64,000 nt of DNA from Eledone cirrhosa (GCA_964016885.1 OZ024743.1:290966001-291030000), one strand, 5' to 3'. Shown: positions 1-14,211, counted from the first letter of the stretch. Numbers and translations are program-made. The notes: generated by a model not told the origin, from the sequence alone.

Positions 1-199
1 TTTAGTATTATAGACCTAATTAATATACATTTTGGAAATATATTTATTATTTGGTTTTAGTTTTAATCAACCTAAAACTTTAATTTTAATTTGCTTAAAA
101 TTAGTATCCTTGTACAGACGAATTGCAGAATGTCATGTAATCATAGAATGGGATGTGTTTTGGATATATACCTAGTTAATATATTCTGTGCAATTTTTT

Positions 200-1451
200 G
201 AAAAAGATATGTATATCTATATGTATATGTATATGTGTATATTGTATGTGTATCTGTATGTATATTTATGTGACTATATATGTATGTATGTGTATATATA
301 TGTATATATATATATATGTGTGTGTATATGTATATATATGTGTATGTGTATGTATATGTATATGTATGCGTATTAATTTTGATTTTTATTTGCATATAAT
401 TATATTATGCTATTGATGAAATACAATATCTGCTTTATGTATTGTATACCTAATTAACATATACTAATTAACGTATACTATTGAAATAAATATATAATTT
501 TTAATTTAGTTAACATATAATTTATATGCTACTACCGATGTAATACTTTATTTTATTTTTATTTGGGTTTCTTTTCCCTATTACTAAATTCATCTCCTAA
601 TATTGATACCATAACGTTATTAACTTTAATTTAGTTATAATGTAATTAATAATCTACTACTGTTTGACTTCATAATTCTGCTTCAAATATTATAAACCTA
701 ACTAATTTACACCTTGGAAATCAATATGTTGACTATCTTTGGTTTAGTTAACATATGATTAATGGTATACTTTTTTATTTTGGGATGCATAGATTTCGTA
801 TTTCCTAGCACTGAAAATATGTAAGAACATACATTGAATTAAGATACGGAAAATATTATATGTTTCTTGAAACATATATTTACTTTGATCCCCTTCCCCA
901 AACCCCCCCTTTCCCCCATACTATTATCATCTGTTTTTATAAGAGTATATGTATGAATATATGTGTAGGTGGGTGTCTATATAGGTTTTGGTATTTATTT
1001 CTAAATATAAAAATACATATATGAGCATGTAAATATGAATGTAAGATTGAGTGTGTATATATGATTGTACATACATATGTATGTATATATATGTATATAT
1101 ATGTATTATATATGTATGTGTATGTGAATGTGTGGTATGTATATGTGTATGTATATGTATATATGTGTATGTATGTGTATGCTTGTATATAGGAATATAT
1201 ATATGTGTATATATGTATGTATATGTATATGCGTGGTTGTATGTATGTGTATATGGGTTCTGTATATATTTGTATGTCTCTCTATTTATATGTTTATCTT
1301 CGTATCTATGTGATATATGTGTGTGTGTGTGCATGTATGCATATGTATGTGTTTGTGTGTGTTTGTATGTGTGTGTGTATATATATATATGTATTTGCGC
1401 ACGCTCACATACACATATATATATATGTATATGTGAGTGTGTATGTGTGTC

Positions 1452-1516
<65 letters not shown>

Positions 1517-1531
1517 GTATATATATAGATA

Positions 1532-1562
<31 letters not shown>

Positions 1563-1659
1563 GTATATAGGTGTCTATGTGTGAATATATGTCTTTATTC
1601 GTATGTGTGTATTTATGTATGTATATGTTTAGGTGTATGTATGTATGTGTATGTATGTG

Positions 1660-1734
<75 letters not shown>

Positions 1735-1945
1735 CTTTATTATTATTGTAATATAACTTATGTGTATATGTGTATAAGTGAGGTTGTGTATGTATATATA
1801 CTATGTGTATATATAAGAGTAATGAAATATGTATATATATATATATATATATATGTGCATGTCTGTTTTTTATGTGTGTGTATATGTATATGTGTATGTG
1901 TATATATGTGTATATATATATATATATGTGTACGTGTGTATATGT

Positions 1946-1979
<34 letters not shown>

Positions 1980-2094
1980 GTGGGTGTTTGTATGTATATT
2001 TATGGTGATATGAGTGTGGGGATATATATGTTTGTATATATATATGTATATGTATATGTATATATATATATATGAGTCTATGTGTGTGTGTATA

Positions 2095-2133
<39 letters not shown>

Positions 2134-2320
2134 ATGTGTGTATGTGTTGCGCGTGAGTGTGTGTGTATTTATATCTTTTTATATGTGTATGTGTATGTTC
2201 GTGTAAATATATGTGTGTGTATGACAGTATAGGTATGTGTGTATGTATGTATGTGTAGATATCTCTATGTGCGCGTACATGTATGTACGTGTATGTATAT
2301 CTGTATGTGTATGTACATTT
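200..2320. repeat. Compound (TA)n/(TG)n/(TATG)n microsatellite field
   Basis: Near-continuous alternating TA/TG dinucleotide runs at 200-370 and 940-2320. These generate the spurious YI/CV/HT-repeat ORFs in the ORF track. Confidence 0.95.
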
Positions 2321-2898
2321 ATTATATTTTATTGTTTTTATTTTTTTATTTTTCTTAATTTATAGATACATTTATATTAGGCTGTCTGGTCTGACAATCT
2401 AATACTGACCCCTCCCCCCCCCCCTCCCACCTAATTTCTGTATCTTGATCTTGAAATGTGTGTACCAGTGTTTTTATGTGAGTGACTTAATTTCTATTTG
2501 CTTATGATTTTATATCCACATATATAAATGTGAGTGGGGGAGTGTGTGTGTTTGTATGTTCGTGGTTATGTGTATATTTATGCATATACGCACATGTATG
2601 TGTGATTATACTGATATGTGTGAGTATGAAAAAAATATATTTATATGCTTGACTCCATAAGTATCTTTGCGTATCTTATCAGCGCATTAAGCTTACAGAG
2701 ATATTAACCTTGAAATTTTGTGTTTGCATCCATCTTTTTAGTATACACATACAAATTATACACACATTATTGTAAAATATGTGTAAGGTTTTTGCATGTG
2801 TATACACACACCAAACTGCTTTTAACCCTTTGTGTTTTCATTGGTCAATTTTGAACTGATATTTTGAATTGTTGTTATTATCAATAAATATACTTCAT

Positions 2899-3043
2899 TA
2901 TTTCTGAAGACGGCGTATATATGAGTTAGGTATGTATATTTAATCTTGATAATTTGTATAATTTTGTATAATTTTGTACATAGATCTGTTAAATATGCAT
3001 ACCAATTATAACACATATATGCCCTAGAAACGATCGTTAAATA
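2899..3043 (+). ncRNA. Type I hammerhead ribozyme-like motif with ~110 nt extended helix II
   Basis: TATTT-CTGAAGA-CGGCGTATAT...ATATATGCC-CTA-GAAA-CGATCG-TT-AAATA. Helix I is TATTT/AAATA, the core is canonical, helix III is the palindrome ACGATCGT, and the predicted site is GUU. Confidence 0.6.
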
Positions 3044-4798
3044 GTGAACTTTTTTTGTTTAATATAAGGAATTGTTTGTTCATTATTTGTTTAATATTTT
3101 ATCTTGACTCTGTATACCGTTTATCTTTCACCGAAAGTGGATTTTCATTACATCTCTTCTTTCCATGATATCCGGAATACATTGAGTTCTTCATACGGAT
3201 TGGACACTACCGTAAACTCTTGGTAGATTTATCTACATATATATATATAACCATATTTTCATATATATATGCATACATGCGTAATTAATTGTGGATTCCT
3301 GAAGTGATTCAGGAAAATATTGCACTTATGAAGGGTACTCCTTACGTTGGAAGAGTATAGGCATATTTATTTAATAAGGAAGTGACCACTACAGACTTAT
3401 AACTTTTTCATTCATACGCAATCATTAGAAATATCCTTGGTAACTAGTTATTAATGAACTATTGATATGCAATACATTCCTAAAGGCACCACTTGCGTAG
3501 ATGTGATTCTATGTTTACCTTAAGCTATATATGCGTGAGTAATAGTAGTTTCCGTTCTTAACATTGGTTGTTTATATAGGGATTCAGTATTTGGCTATAA
3601 ATGAACAGTTATATTCGAATTTTTGTCGCTTGCATTCGCAGAACTGCAAGGGTCCTGTAATTTGCAGTGTCCGTGTACAGAAACGTGTTAGACACCTGCT
3701 GATTGTTTCAGTCCCTCATTAAATGTTAATCAATTGTGATTTATGTGTTGTCTCGCGTAACATTCTTTGCAATAATTATCCTTGAATGTAATGATGTTTC
3801 TTTTCCCAAAGGGTGAACTATAATTAATCAATATTTTCCTATTTCTTTATCTTTCTTAATTAAACGATTTAGCTGCGACGTAACTAAATTGAATGAAATC
3901 TGCTGACTTTCAAAGGGTAAGTGATATGTGGCCTTTGTAAGAATCCTGAAATACGATCAACATTCTCAAATAGTTTTCTCGATACACTGTGAATAAAGAA
4001 TGTATTGGACTAGAACACATATAACTGTGGGGCTACTCAATTAAGACAGATATTTGTTTAAAGAACATCACATAATAAAAGTGAGATCTGGCATATTGCG
4101 TGGTGTGCAAAACTGGTTAACAGTATATTATGAGAGTTTAAATGCTTGAGACAATACCTAGTTGAGAGCATACTAAGATAGCAAATGTTAGATACACGAA
4201 ACCCTGAAAAGATATACAAAAACAGAGAAAAATGGATGTAGGTTATATTAGAGGACCGTGAAATCATGCAAAATGTTCCAATTCATAAGGAGTATGTGAC
4301 CATACGTTATAAAATTTAGGTAGATTGCTATATAATGTGAATTATATAAAATATCGCCATATTGTAAATCTGCACAGGAAAGAGGTAATTGTGAAACAGT
4401 AAAACATTGAACAGACAATGATTAACGCAATTTTATTAACCGATTACATGTTCAAGGAATTGCATATATATCATAATTCAAACGTATTCTTTTTTAATAT
4501 AGACAATTTTGGACGCGGTAAAATAAAAAAGAACGAAACATAAAGTCAAACTCGAGATAACAATCAATCATATTCACTATAAACAATTAAATATATGAAC
4601 AGAAAACAATCGATCAATCATAAAAAAAGAGCAGCAATGAAAAGCATGCTCGTATATTTCACATATACACGCATGCAAACCGAACATATACATGATTTTC
4701 ATGATTTTCACAGATACAGTTTTACTGTATGAACAAGTGTGGTTGTTTGTATGTGTCCATGTCTGTATGTGTATATATTATCGTTGGGAATCTTTGAA

Positions 4799-4864
<66 letters not shown>

Positions 4865-4899
4865 GGGGGGGGGGGTTGTATGTATGTATGTATGTATAT

Positions 4900-5950
4900 T
4901 TGTTTTGCGATGTTTTTGATATGAAATCGTGTGTTGAAACAAATATTGTTATATTTGGGGAGCGTTATATATATTAATAATATTTGTTTCTACTTTATGC
5001 ACAAGGCCAGCAATTATCCAGTGCATTACTGGTACTTTTTTTATTTTATCGACCCCGTAAGGATGAAAGGCAAAGTCAACCTCGGCGGGATTTGAACTCA
5101 GATCGTAAAGGGACATAACTATGCTGGAAAGCATGGCGTCCGACCCTCCACCGATACTGCCAATCCACCGCCCTGCTTTATATATTAATAATATTGCCAG
5201 AGATAATAATAAAACACACTCACTGTTTGGTTTGGATTCGTTTTCGCTTCTGTATCTTATATATCTCCATAGTTAATATATCTGGCAATCAATGTTTCCC
5301 ATTGATTAACTAAAGGTTATAAATACGGATATAAGATATAAATAGATATATATATATATAGTCTATCAAAGTTCTTTCATCACTCACCTGTGACATCATC
5401 AGTGTTACTATTAGCTTTCCTCCAGTGTATTGTAATGTCTATTCCATTTTTTTATTTATTAATTTATTTTCTTTTGTCTCTGTTTGCACATGCGTTTGTG
5501 TGTGTATTTTCTATTTGGTGGGGTCTTCGTATCTGAGTCAATATGTGTTTGTATTCTAACTTTGTTCACTAGTGTGTGTTTATCTGTGGTTTTGTTATGG
5601 AACCTGTTTTTATTTATTTATTTATATTTATGTTAGGTCTGTATTGCGTCTTTCTCTGTGACAGTTGTTGCTGTTATTACATTCATTTTTTCTGTTCAAC
5701 TTCGCTTTTCAGTTGATTCTCTGATTTTCTCTACCTGTTGAGTCATTTCTATGTTTAGATATGATGTTAATTTCTATGTTGTCATATAGTACCGAACCGT
5801 CTTATTGTCATTTTAGTTACCCCCGTGTTGGTCTATATCTCTCCTATGCTTTGAGTTGTCTCACGTATGTATGTCGTTGTCAGGTTACTGCAATTACATC
5901 TGATGCTATAGACTACATTTCTAGTTTTACAATTTAATTGTGGTCTAGAA
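4900..5950 (-). mobile_element. Degenerate 3' fragment of PLE family A (GIY-YIG remnant plus terminal repeat with HHR at ~5365-5406), interrupted by a SINE
   Basis: The reverse complement of 5640-5940 resembles the endonuclease end at 62520-62800. The terminal repeat matches 9725-9980 and 63090-63330. The minus strand reads CTGATGA-TGTCAC..GTGAT-GAAA-GAAC-TT-TGAT. Confidence 0.75.
4983..5173 (-). mobile_element. tRNA-derived SINE (octopod-type, family 1) with ~17 bp target-site duplication
   Basis: The reverse complement reads GGGCGGTGGATTGGCAGTATCGG...GAGTTCAAATCCC (A and B boxes)...GCCTTTCATCCTTACGGGGTCGATAAAAT. TATATATTAATAATATT flanks both sides. Confidence 0.9.
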
Positions 5951-6505
5951 CCATGTGCGGAATCTTAAACCTAACGTCACACCATTTCCCATTAAATGGA
6001 TTAGTTTAGAATAGTTGAACTGCTATCTGAATAGGACGAAATTTTTGCGAAAATATATCTCCGTGAAGTTAAATATACCCTCGCAACTGGCTTTAGAGTA
6101 ACATTGATTTTTAAAAAAACACCTTCACTGCTATAGTCGCTGTCTACACTAAGTGAAATTCATTCTGAGAAAATGGTATGTACTGATTTTACTTTTAAGT
6201 AATTTAATTCCTTTGAATTACTAACTTTGTGATTTTTGGGGGTAGTTATTTCCATTTACATTATGTAAAGATTTGTTTATTTTATTTATAGCTAAATTCG
6301 AATTTACGTACCCTTCAAGAACTCTCGTGGTTTTTTTACAAACTTCACAAAGGCCTGTGGATGTTGCCCTTTTAAATATATGTAACAGGCTGAATGAGCT
6401 GGATTGTGGAACACAAAGAAACTTAAGTACCTGTATAACTATACTTAACTAGTCTTATGGACTTAGTGCTCCTATCCTTGGATATTTCTAGCATACCTAT
6501 ACTAC

Positions 6506-6548
<43 letters not shown>

Positions 6549-6551
<3 letters not shown>

Positions 6552-8361
6552 CAAGATGTATGGTAGGTCGTATGTGAATCGCGATGATCACGTCTGACCT
6601 ACCAAATATGTGACGGTAGCTAGTTAAGCTCTATGCGTGTAAGCAGAGCATAATTATTAGTGAAAAAGAACAAAGGAACTATTATGACATTATAACAAGT
6701 GTATTGCCGACAACTGTTTCGTCCGACCACATGGTGGGACTTTTCAAGGCATATAACATGTGATTGCAAGATCATTATTTACATCAACGTATCACTCAAG
6801 ACTAGCAGTTTGAAATGGTGGTATACATCAGCAGCTCCGCTTGTATAGTTGGGGTCTATATTCTAAGGGGGCTCTTTTATATTAGTTGTCGGGGTCAGGG
6901 ATTGAAGGTTAAAAATTAGATAATATATAATTTACGCATTAAAAGTAAAGATTAAATTAGAGACTTGGGATCCCGTAGAAGCACCTCAAAAAATCCCTCA
7001 ATAAGTGCATAAAGCTTACAGGCTCCAATAAACCTAATAAACTAGGAGAAATTAAGAGGCTAATAAAATAAAAAAAATAAAAATATAGAGTTTCCCTAAA
7101 AATTTGCTAAGAAATTCCTTCGAGAGAAAACATTTTTTTCGAAAGAAAAAAACTTTCTTCCCCCGAGATCACGTTAACAAATTTCAGGAAACTTACGAGG
7201 TTTTGATATTCCCTACTAAGTTGAAAGAATCTAATCAATTAAAGGTTAAATTCAAAGAGCCTTCAATAAATCTCAGAAAAAGGCCCCTTTAATATTTTTA
7301 ATAGGAGCTTCCTCCGAGAGACCCTTCGAAGAATTAAAATTTTAGAGAGCCTTTAAGGATATATATAAACGAATTGAGGAAAATTATAAATTAAAAGTTA
7401 AAAATTACGGTATTTGGGATATCCGAGGAATTTTCAAAGGGTTGCTTCAACAGATACAACTTAGGCATAATAGATACAATAATTTAAGTAATTTAAGTAA
7501 TTTAATTAGGGAGCAATTCAAAGAGTTTATCAAGTTGGGCAAGATTAAAGAAAGTGGTAAATAAGAAAATACATAAGCAAAAAGACAATAATTATAAAAT
7601 GTATTTTTAAGAAGGTATAAGGTAGCTTCAGTAATCTAATAATGTACTATCAAAAAATTAAGGATTAACAAAGACATAATAATATATTCCTGCCTAATTA
7701 ACATGTAATCAATACACTATTAACAGTCAGGCAAAATTTGCTCAGGGATATCCCGCGCTCGGATACTTTACACACATACAGCAACACATAGGATTAGCAC
7801 AGACTTAATGTTATACTCCTGCCTAATTAACAAACAATCAATTAACAATTGATGGTCAAGAAAATGTACTCAGGGATATCCCGCGCACGGATATTTACAT
7901 ACATACAGCAGGATGAACAGTACTGGTGACCTTGTGGGTGCGATATCCATTATGCGTATGTAGTCATCTGCATAGCTCCAGGCACAGTTGGTCTTGTTTA
8001 AAAGTTCATAGTCCACGGATCAACTGGGATTCACTATCAGCTGTGTGGACTCTCTGGGAAATGTACCTGTGGATCAAATAGCTAGTGGTTGCTGGGTGTG
8101 GTCCGTTCGATCTTTTAGTTTCGAGGGTTGCACGCGTTTGCGATAGATCAGCCTGCCGGTTCTAAATCCAAGGTCTCGCTACATAGGATGTATTGGTCTA
8201 CATGCTATATTGGTAAAAAAACCAGTGTGGATTTGACTGGGGTGGTGTACTACGAACTCCAAGCCCACACGCGACTGGTCAAATGCGAAGGGCTGTCCCC
8301 TCTTTGTTTGCTGTATGGGTCGGTTCCAGCTTAGATGGTGGTCGTGTTATCCATATTCCGT

Positions 8362-8365
<4 letters not shown>
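6549..8365 (-). mobile_element. Probable 5'-truncated PLE (family C) between (TA)n tracts, with an eroded GIY-YIG remnant (~7960-8300) and an HHR near its 3' end
   Basis: Bounded by (TA)n on both sides. The minus strand gives frameshifted SYV(G)ETLDL, ESQLIR and LLNK motifs. There is an HHR at 6705-6751 and an internal ~100-130 bp direct repeat (7686-7790 / 7815-7910). Confidence 0.5.
6705..6751 (-). ncRNA. Type I hammerhead, U3-A8 core variant
   Basis: Minus strand: TGCC-TTGAAAA-GTCC..GGAC-GAAA-CAGTTG-TC-GGCA. All three helices pair and the site is GUC. Confidence 0.75.
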
Positions 8366-8414
<49 letters not shown>

Positions 8415-8416
<2 letters not shown>

Positions 8417-8890
8417 CGTTTCTGAATTTGTTTAGCAAGATTCTTTATCTGAAAACGTGTGTTGAAGCCGATATTGTTATACTTTGGGAGGGTCATGTTG
8501 CCAATAAGAAACACACGCAACAGTTGCTTTCACTTCAATTTATTATAATAAATTTATAAATTTAGGAATTTATAAATTTCCGGTTTGTTGGTTTCACAAC
8601 CAGATGGTTGTTTATATATTGTCAAAGATCTTTCGTCACACATTCTGTGACGTCTTCAGTGACTGGGGATTATTTTCTTTGTTTTTGTGCCTCTCCTTTG
8701 TTCGGTCTTATGCCAACTTGTTTCTGTGTGTGGGTTGTGTGCTCAGTCTGCGCATGCGCCACATCCGGGTGTCTGTGTGTGTTTATATTCGTTTATTTAT
8801 TTGTTTATTTACATGTTACGGGTTGGTTGTCTGTTCTATGTGCGTGTGTCTTTTCATTTTGTCCTTAATTGTAAGTTGTGATGTTGACCA
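8415..8890 (-). mobile_element. Solo terminal repeat (pLTR) of PLE family A
   Basis: Reverse complement of 17072-17545. It abuts (TA)n. Confidence 0.85.
8621..8663 (-). ncRNA. Minimal type I hammerhead in family A pLTR
   Basis: Minus strand: GTCA-CTGAAGA-C-GTCACA..TGTGAC-GAAA-GATC-TT-TGAC, with palindromic loop III (GATC). Confidence 0.8.
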
Positions 8891-8895
8891 ACACG

Positions 8896-8922
8896 CGGAC
8901 TCACTTTATCAACAGGTTTCCG

Positions 8923-8976
<54 letters not shown>

Positions 8977-9004
8977 CGGAAACCTGTTGATAAAGTGAGT
9001 CCGC
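8896..9004. repeat. Perfect inverted repeat (~32 bp arms) centred on a (TA)n tract
   Basis: GCGGACTCACTTTATCAACAGGTTTCCGTTCTG-(TA)n-CAGAACGGAAACCTGTTGATAAAGTGAGTCCGC. Confidence 0.9.
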
Positions 9005-9721
9005 ATTTTGGTCTACAAATACCACAAACATGCATATTGCGAAAGATGGAATGCTGATTTTGGATTCACAGAAAGCAATCGAGGATACTGTATAATATCC
9101 TTCGATACGGTCCAGCTTTGTTTTTTAACCTCGTTGTGTTTTGGTTGCTGTGGTGGCTTCTATGGCTTTTGTTTCCTTAACCACAGTTTTCAATTTGTCA
9201 CACGATTTATCCTATTTTTATTGCTCTAAAACATAACTTATCGATTTATACATACTTATTGCGTGCTTCGTGCAAATTCCGAATTTTCTTTTCATGGGTG
9301 CTGGCCGACCGCCGCAACTGCGATTTTACTAATTGCCACTCTTATATACATATATGCGAAAATGATTTTTTTAAATGAAAAGTAAATTACACTTATGAAT
9401 AAACAACAATTTGAGCCACATTTTTAAAGAAAATTCAATAATAACTTTGTAACGCGAACTGGCGCGAAATTTATTATACCTATTCACGAAGAAAGTCATC
9501 AACCAACTAAATTATTTTTGAAAAACCCAGCAATTCCAGACATTCTTTCCTCATAAAACTCAAATAACTTTCGAACACCAACCAAATGCGAGAAAAACCA
9601 CAAACACCCCACCACAATTCTATATTTGAAAAGTATAAGAACTGTGAAACCGGTAAAGGAAACAATTAAATAGTTTTAAAATGACGCCAATATCATTGTC
9701 TATTCATTTTCCTTATATATA

Positions 9722-9985
9722 TGAATTTGTTTTGCAAAGTTTTTGATATGAAATCGTGTGTCACAAACAAATATTGTTATACTTTGGGAGGGTCATATTT
9801 TGTAATATTGCCAGGAATAATAACAGAACACACTCACTGCTTGGCTGGTTTTCGTTTCTGTATATTTTATATCTCCATATTCAATTTATTTGGGAATGAA
9901 TGTTTATCACTCATTGACCAGCGGTTAAAAATACAGATATAAATATGTATATATAGTCTATCAAAGTTCTTTCGTTGCACAACGA
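9722..9985 (-). mobile_element. PLE family A-type terminal repeat fragment
   Basis: Matches the reverse complement of 11460-11650 and 63100-63330. Confidence 0.8.
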
Positions 9986-10058
9986 CATTTTAATGTCTAC
10001 GCCATTTTTATTTTATTTATTTGTTTATTTATTCTTGTCGTTATTCCTGTTATTTATT

Positions 10059-10238
10059 CCCCGACGGCAGAGCTGAAGCCGCTTCGACGGCTATTTCTAC
10101 TCCAGAAATAGCCATTGAAACGGCTTTAGCTCTGCCGTTGGGGTTAAATATTTTCCTATTACCCACTCTACTACCTTAACTATTGAGTACTCAGGTGCGT
10201 TATGGTCCATCTGGTTCCTTACCACACCTCCTTCGGTA
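10059..10238 (+). mobile_element. Solo 3' terminus of PLE family B with short inverted 5' duplication
   Basis: 10102-10238 matches 20963-21097, and 10059-10099 is its inverted copy. It ends at (TA)n. Confidence 0.85.
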
Positions 10239-11323
10239 TATATATATATATATATATAATTATACATATTTAAATGTGTCCCGAATATACATAGCACTTC
10301 AATGAAAAGAGATCGTTAAACGGATCTCATTCAGATAAGCAAATATATTTTGAGAGTATATTATACAAAATTACTGAAGGGTCGATTCCCGTACGGTATT
10401 CTAAAGAAAATTTGCACAAGCATCTTCCCCTGATCGGGTGAAGTAGAAGTAGCAGCAGTAACAGCAAGAGAAGAAGAAGAAGAAGAAGAAGAAGACGAAG
10501 AAGAAGAAGAAGAAGAAATACATTTTGTGTTATTGTATGTTAGCGTTCAACTTGTTTAACTTGAACGTTCGTGCATGTATTTGTGTGTCGATTTATGAAA
10601 ATATATACACGTTTTATTATTTGATTTTAAATATAATTTCATATTAAACTACAAAATAAACTTTATTTTCCTATTCAGACAATTGCGATATTGCAAAGCG
10701 TCTACATGCAAACAGACTCGCTGTTCTTGATTCCTAGACATATTGTGTTGCTTATCATTGTCTCACATTGTTCACTTAGTATTATACCGCTGTTGCGTGA
10801 TTGCCGATTTGATGAGGTTACTTTTCCTTGTCACATCTGTAATATTTTAAATCTTCTATTTCCATCCTAAATATATGTTTTCGTGTGAGTTACGTATAAA
10901 TCGTAGTATTCAATGATGTGGTATCTTATTGAAACATTTTGTTTATTAGCTATATTTTTTAAAACAAATTACTATTTTATCATGTATAAATGATTTGGAT
11001 ATTCTAGAGACAACGGCCTATTAGTTATGGCTGTTATGTTCTCATTTTTCACTGGGAAAGCACATATATCATCTGGCAACGTTGATAATATAAACTCTAC
11101 TCCGTGAACGAATCTATATATTCTACATATATTTTATGTGCACTGCAATTTGTTAGGAATTCACATAAAATTGAAATTTTCACCATATAATTTCAAATCT
11201 AGTTGCATTATAATACAATTCGATATATCGACAGTCGATCGACATTCGTTAAATTGGATGGAGGAAACAAGGATTCCATTGGTCTTTCCAATTGCTAATA
11301 CTATCTATGAGTAGTAACTCTAA

Positions 11324-11440
11324 GTAGAAGGAGCAACGTGAAATAAATGTCTTGGTCAATGATATAATGCATCCGGGAATCGAACTCAAATCTCACGATT
11401 GCGAATACAACTTTCTAACCACTCAGCCACGCGCCTTCAC
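11324..11440 (-). mobile_element. tRNA-derived CORE-type SINE fragment (family 2)
   Basis: The reverse complement reads GGCGCGTGGCTGAGTGGTTAG...GAGTTCGATTCCCGG...CAAGACATTTATTTCACGTTGCTCC and is similar to 36078-36200. Confidence 0.75.
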
Positions 11441-11454
11441 TAAAAAAAATATAT

Positions 11455-11650
11455 AATGGCAACATTGAGGACCAAATAAACTAGATTACCGATATCAAAG
11501 ACACAAAAGCGAAAAGCGAAAACCAACCAAACAGTGAGTGCGTTCTGTTATTAAATCTGGCAATATTACACAAATATGACCTTCCCCAAGTATAACACTA
11601 TTTGTTTCGACACACGATTTCATATCAAAAACCTCGCAAAACTAATATAT
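11455..11650 (+). mobile_element. PLE family A-type terminal repeat 3' part
   Basis: Near-identical to 63186-63330 and ends at a TA run. Confidence 0.8.
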
Positions 11651-11711
11651 ATATAGTGCCATTACGACTATATATAGTAGCCATGCCTGTATATTCTTTT
11701 CATTCTCACAA

Positions 11712-11817
11712 GCTCCGATGAATTGACTGGTTATAACTTTGTATTGGTGATCGAGTAACGTGAAAATAAGCGGGTAGCGATCTCTAGACCTACCAGTTCA
11801 GAGAAACAGTTGTCAGC
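11712..11817 (+). ncRNA. Degenerate type I hammerhead-like motif with long helix II
   Basis: GCT-CCGATGA-..GACTGGT...ACCAGTT..-GAAA-CAGTTG-TC-AGC. Helix III is the same as in the 6705 motif, and the core has U4 changed to C. Confidence 0.5.
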
Positions 11818-11870
11818 AATGAGATAAAAAACTTTTTTTGTATAGCAAACCGTGTCCCTCTTCTTTCCTG

Positions 11871-11901
<31 letters not shown>

Positions 11902-11906
<5 letters not shown>

Positions 11907-12078
11907 AATCTACAGAGACGACGCCCTTCTCCTAGTTAAGAACCTAAATAATCAGACCATAGAAAGACTGCGTAAGACTATTAGAAAGACTATCGGCAAA
12001 CTGAGCCTTAGCATAACGTATGAATATACCACTAAAATAGTTAACTTTCTAGACGCGACGCTTAACCTAAATACGGGA
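11902..12078 (+). pseudogene. Isolated PLE reverse transcriptase catalytic fragment
   Basis: The open frame, absent from the ORF track, reads YGIYRDDALLLVKNLNNQTIERLRKTIRKTIGKLSLSITYEYTTKIVNFLDATLNLNTG. YRDD and NFLD are family B-type RT motifs. It lies between (TA)n tracts. Confidence 0.85.
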
Positions 12079-12139
12079 CTTAACCACGACCTTAACCACG
12101 AACTTAACCAGGTCTTAACCACGACCTTAACCACGAACT
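12078..12139. repeat. 12 bp minisatellite (CTTAACCACGAC) x5
   Basis: Five consecutive near-identical 12-mers directly after the RT fragment. Confidence 0.9.
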
Positions 12140-12167
12140 AGATAAGCAATTTTCTGCTTCTCTAACT

Positions 12168-12565
<398 letters not shown>

Positions 12566-14211
12566 TTCAAATCATTAAAATTATTTTCACTGATCTGAAC
12601 AATTACCAGGATGTCCCCAAACTTCATTTCTATCTTGGTTTCTTGCTTTACTCATTTCAAATGTTCCTGATTATGTAGGCAGGTTTTCGTTTTGAAAATG
12701 TTGGTAGTGTGGTGTTAGGTTGTGATTTTACTATACATACACACCTACTGTTCTATATTTTTACTGATATTTTTTTCCGATTTCCTGATTGATAAAATGG
12801 AAAATATTATCAGGCACATATCACTTGAAGTCCTAATGCTTCACAAAACAACCAAGAACACATTTATGAAAGAGTGCGGTTTTATTCCGTTCTTAAATTC
12901 TCTAATTAATTACATATTTTGTTTTTGCTATTATCTTTCATAGCAAATCCCCGAATTACTGGGAGTCGAAAAGAAGTATTTGATTACGCAAGAGAAATGA
13001 AATGAAAATTGTTTTTCCCTATATATGTTGGTCATGAACCCAATTCACAATATTTTGTTGCAACATACTCCCTAAATGAACTCTTATTTACACCTATATG
13101 GACGCACACATGCATAAGACGTATATTCTACACAAGTATACACAAAGACATATGCAAGTATATATTTTAAAAATCCTCACAAATAGACATTTAAAATTAC
13201 ATAATCAGGGTACGTACTTTCCAGGTCAGTCGACAAAACAAGTGCACATATTCAACTTTCCCTCTCACAAGCATATTCCAACCATTCATACATATCTTTA
13301 TACAAAAGATAACGAAAGATATGTAAGACTCGGAAAAATATGCTCACATAGTACACAGAAAACAACAACATATTTATAGACAAAAACACACATATACAGT
13401 CAGTACAACGTACAACCTTTACAACACCATAGTAACATACTGATATACGTATCAAACAGTAAATCATACCGTAAGAAACAAATGCACACGAAAAACAAAT
13501 CTACTGGGACACTAAACCCAAGAACATATGTACATATTTTTCTCTAAATTAGATATAGACTTTTAGTTTTTAATTGGCTTTGTTTTAATGTGTTTATTAG
13601 CTACGAGATTGCCATTCGTTGTTCTCATCCACTGGGTGTTTTGCGTATTGCCGGCTTTGTTTTTGGAATGTATAATTTACGTTTAGGGACATTCAGTAAT
13701 TAATATCCCTTTATTCTATGTGTATCAACCTTAATGTTTATATATTTGAGAGTCGTTTTGCGTATGTACTTATATTTAAACACAGACATACAAAAAAAAA
13801 AAACGTACACCCGCCTCTCTAAACAAAGAAAGACACATACCGCACATACACAAGACACCTCAATCATGCATAATATAAAACAACGATAAAGGAACCATAC
13901 TATAACATAACACGCCCTCAGCTCGAAATTAACTATAAACATACCTGTGAAGAAATCTCTAATCCACAAACATGTACTCAGAAACTTAGCTCTAGCATAA
14001 TATTCTGCTCTGTATCTTCATAGCAATGAATTACGTATATCTTGTCAAATATGAGAATTTCAAAATGTGGATGGAGGAATTCATAAGCGCTATTACCTTT
14101 AATAACATATACATATATACACAGATATTTTTATCTTTGGAGTTGGTCCTTTTTGTCAAGTTACCAATACAACAATAAAACACATTAACTATTTGACATT
14201 CACTTTAGCAT

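Noticed and set aside
141-2232. Numerous ORFs rich in YI, CV and HT dipeptides (also at 12168-12678, 58408-58771, 61139-61930 and elsewhere)
   Set aside because: They are translations of TA/TG microsatellites, which lack stop codons in some frames, and are not genes.
5080-5173. tRNA genes at SINE heads (also 11370-11440 and 36075-36150)
   Set aside because: A and B boxes are present but there is no intact cloverleaf, and each continues into a repeated SINE body.
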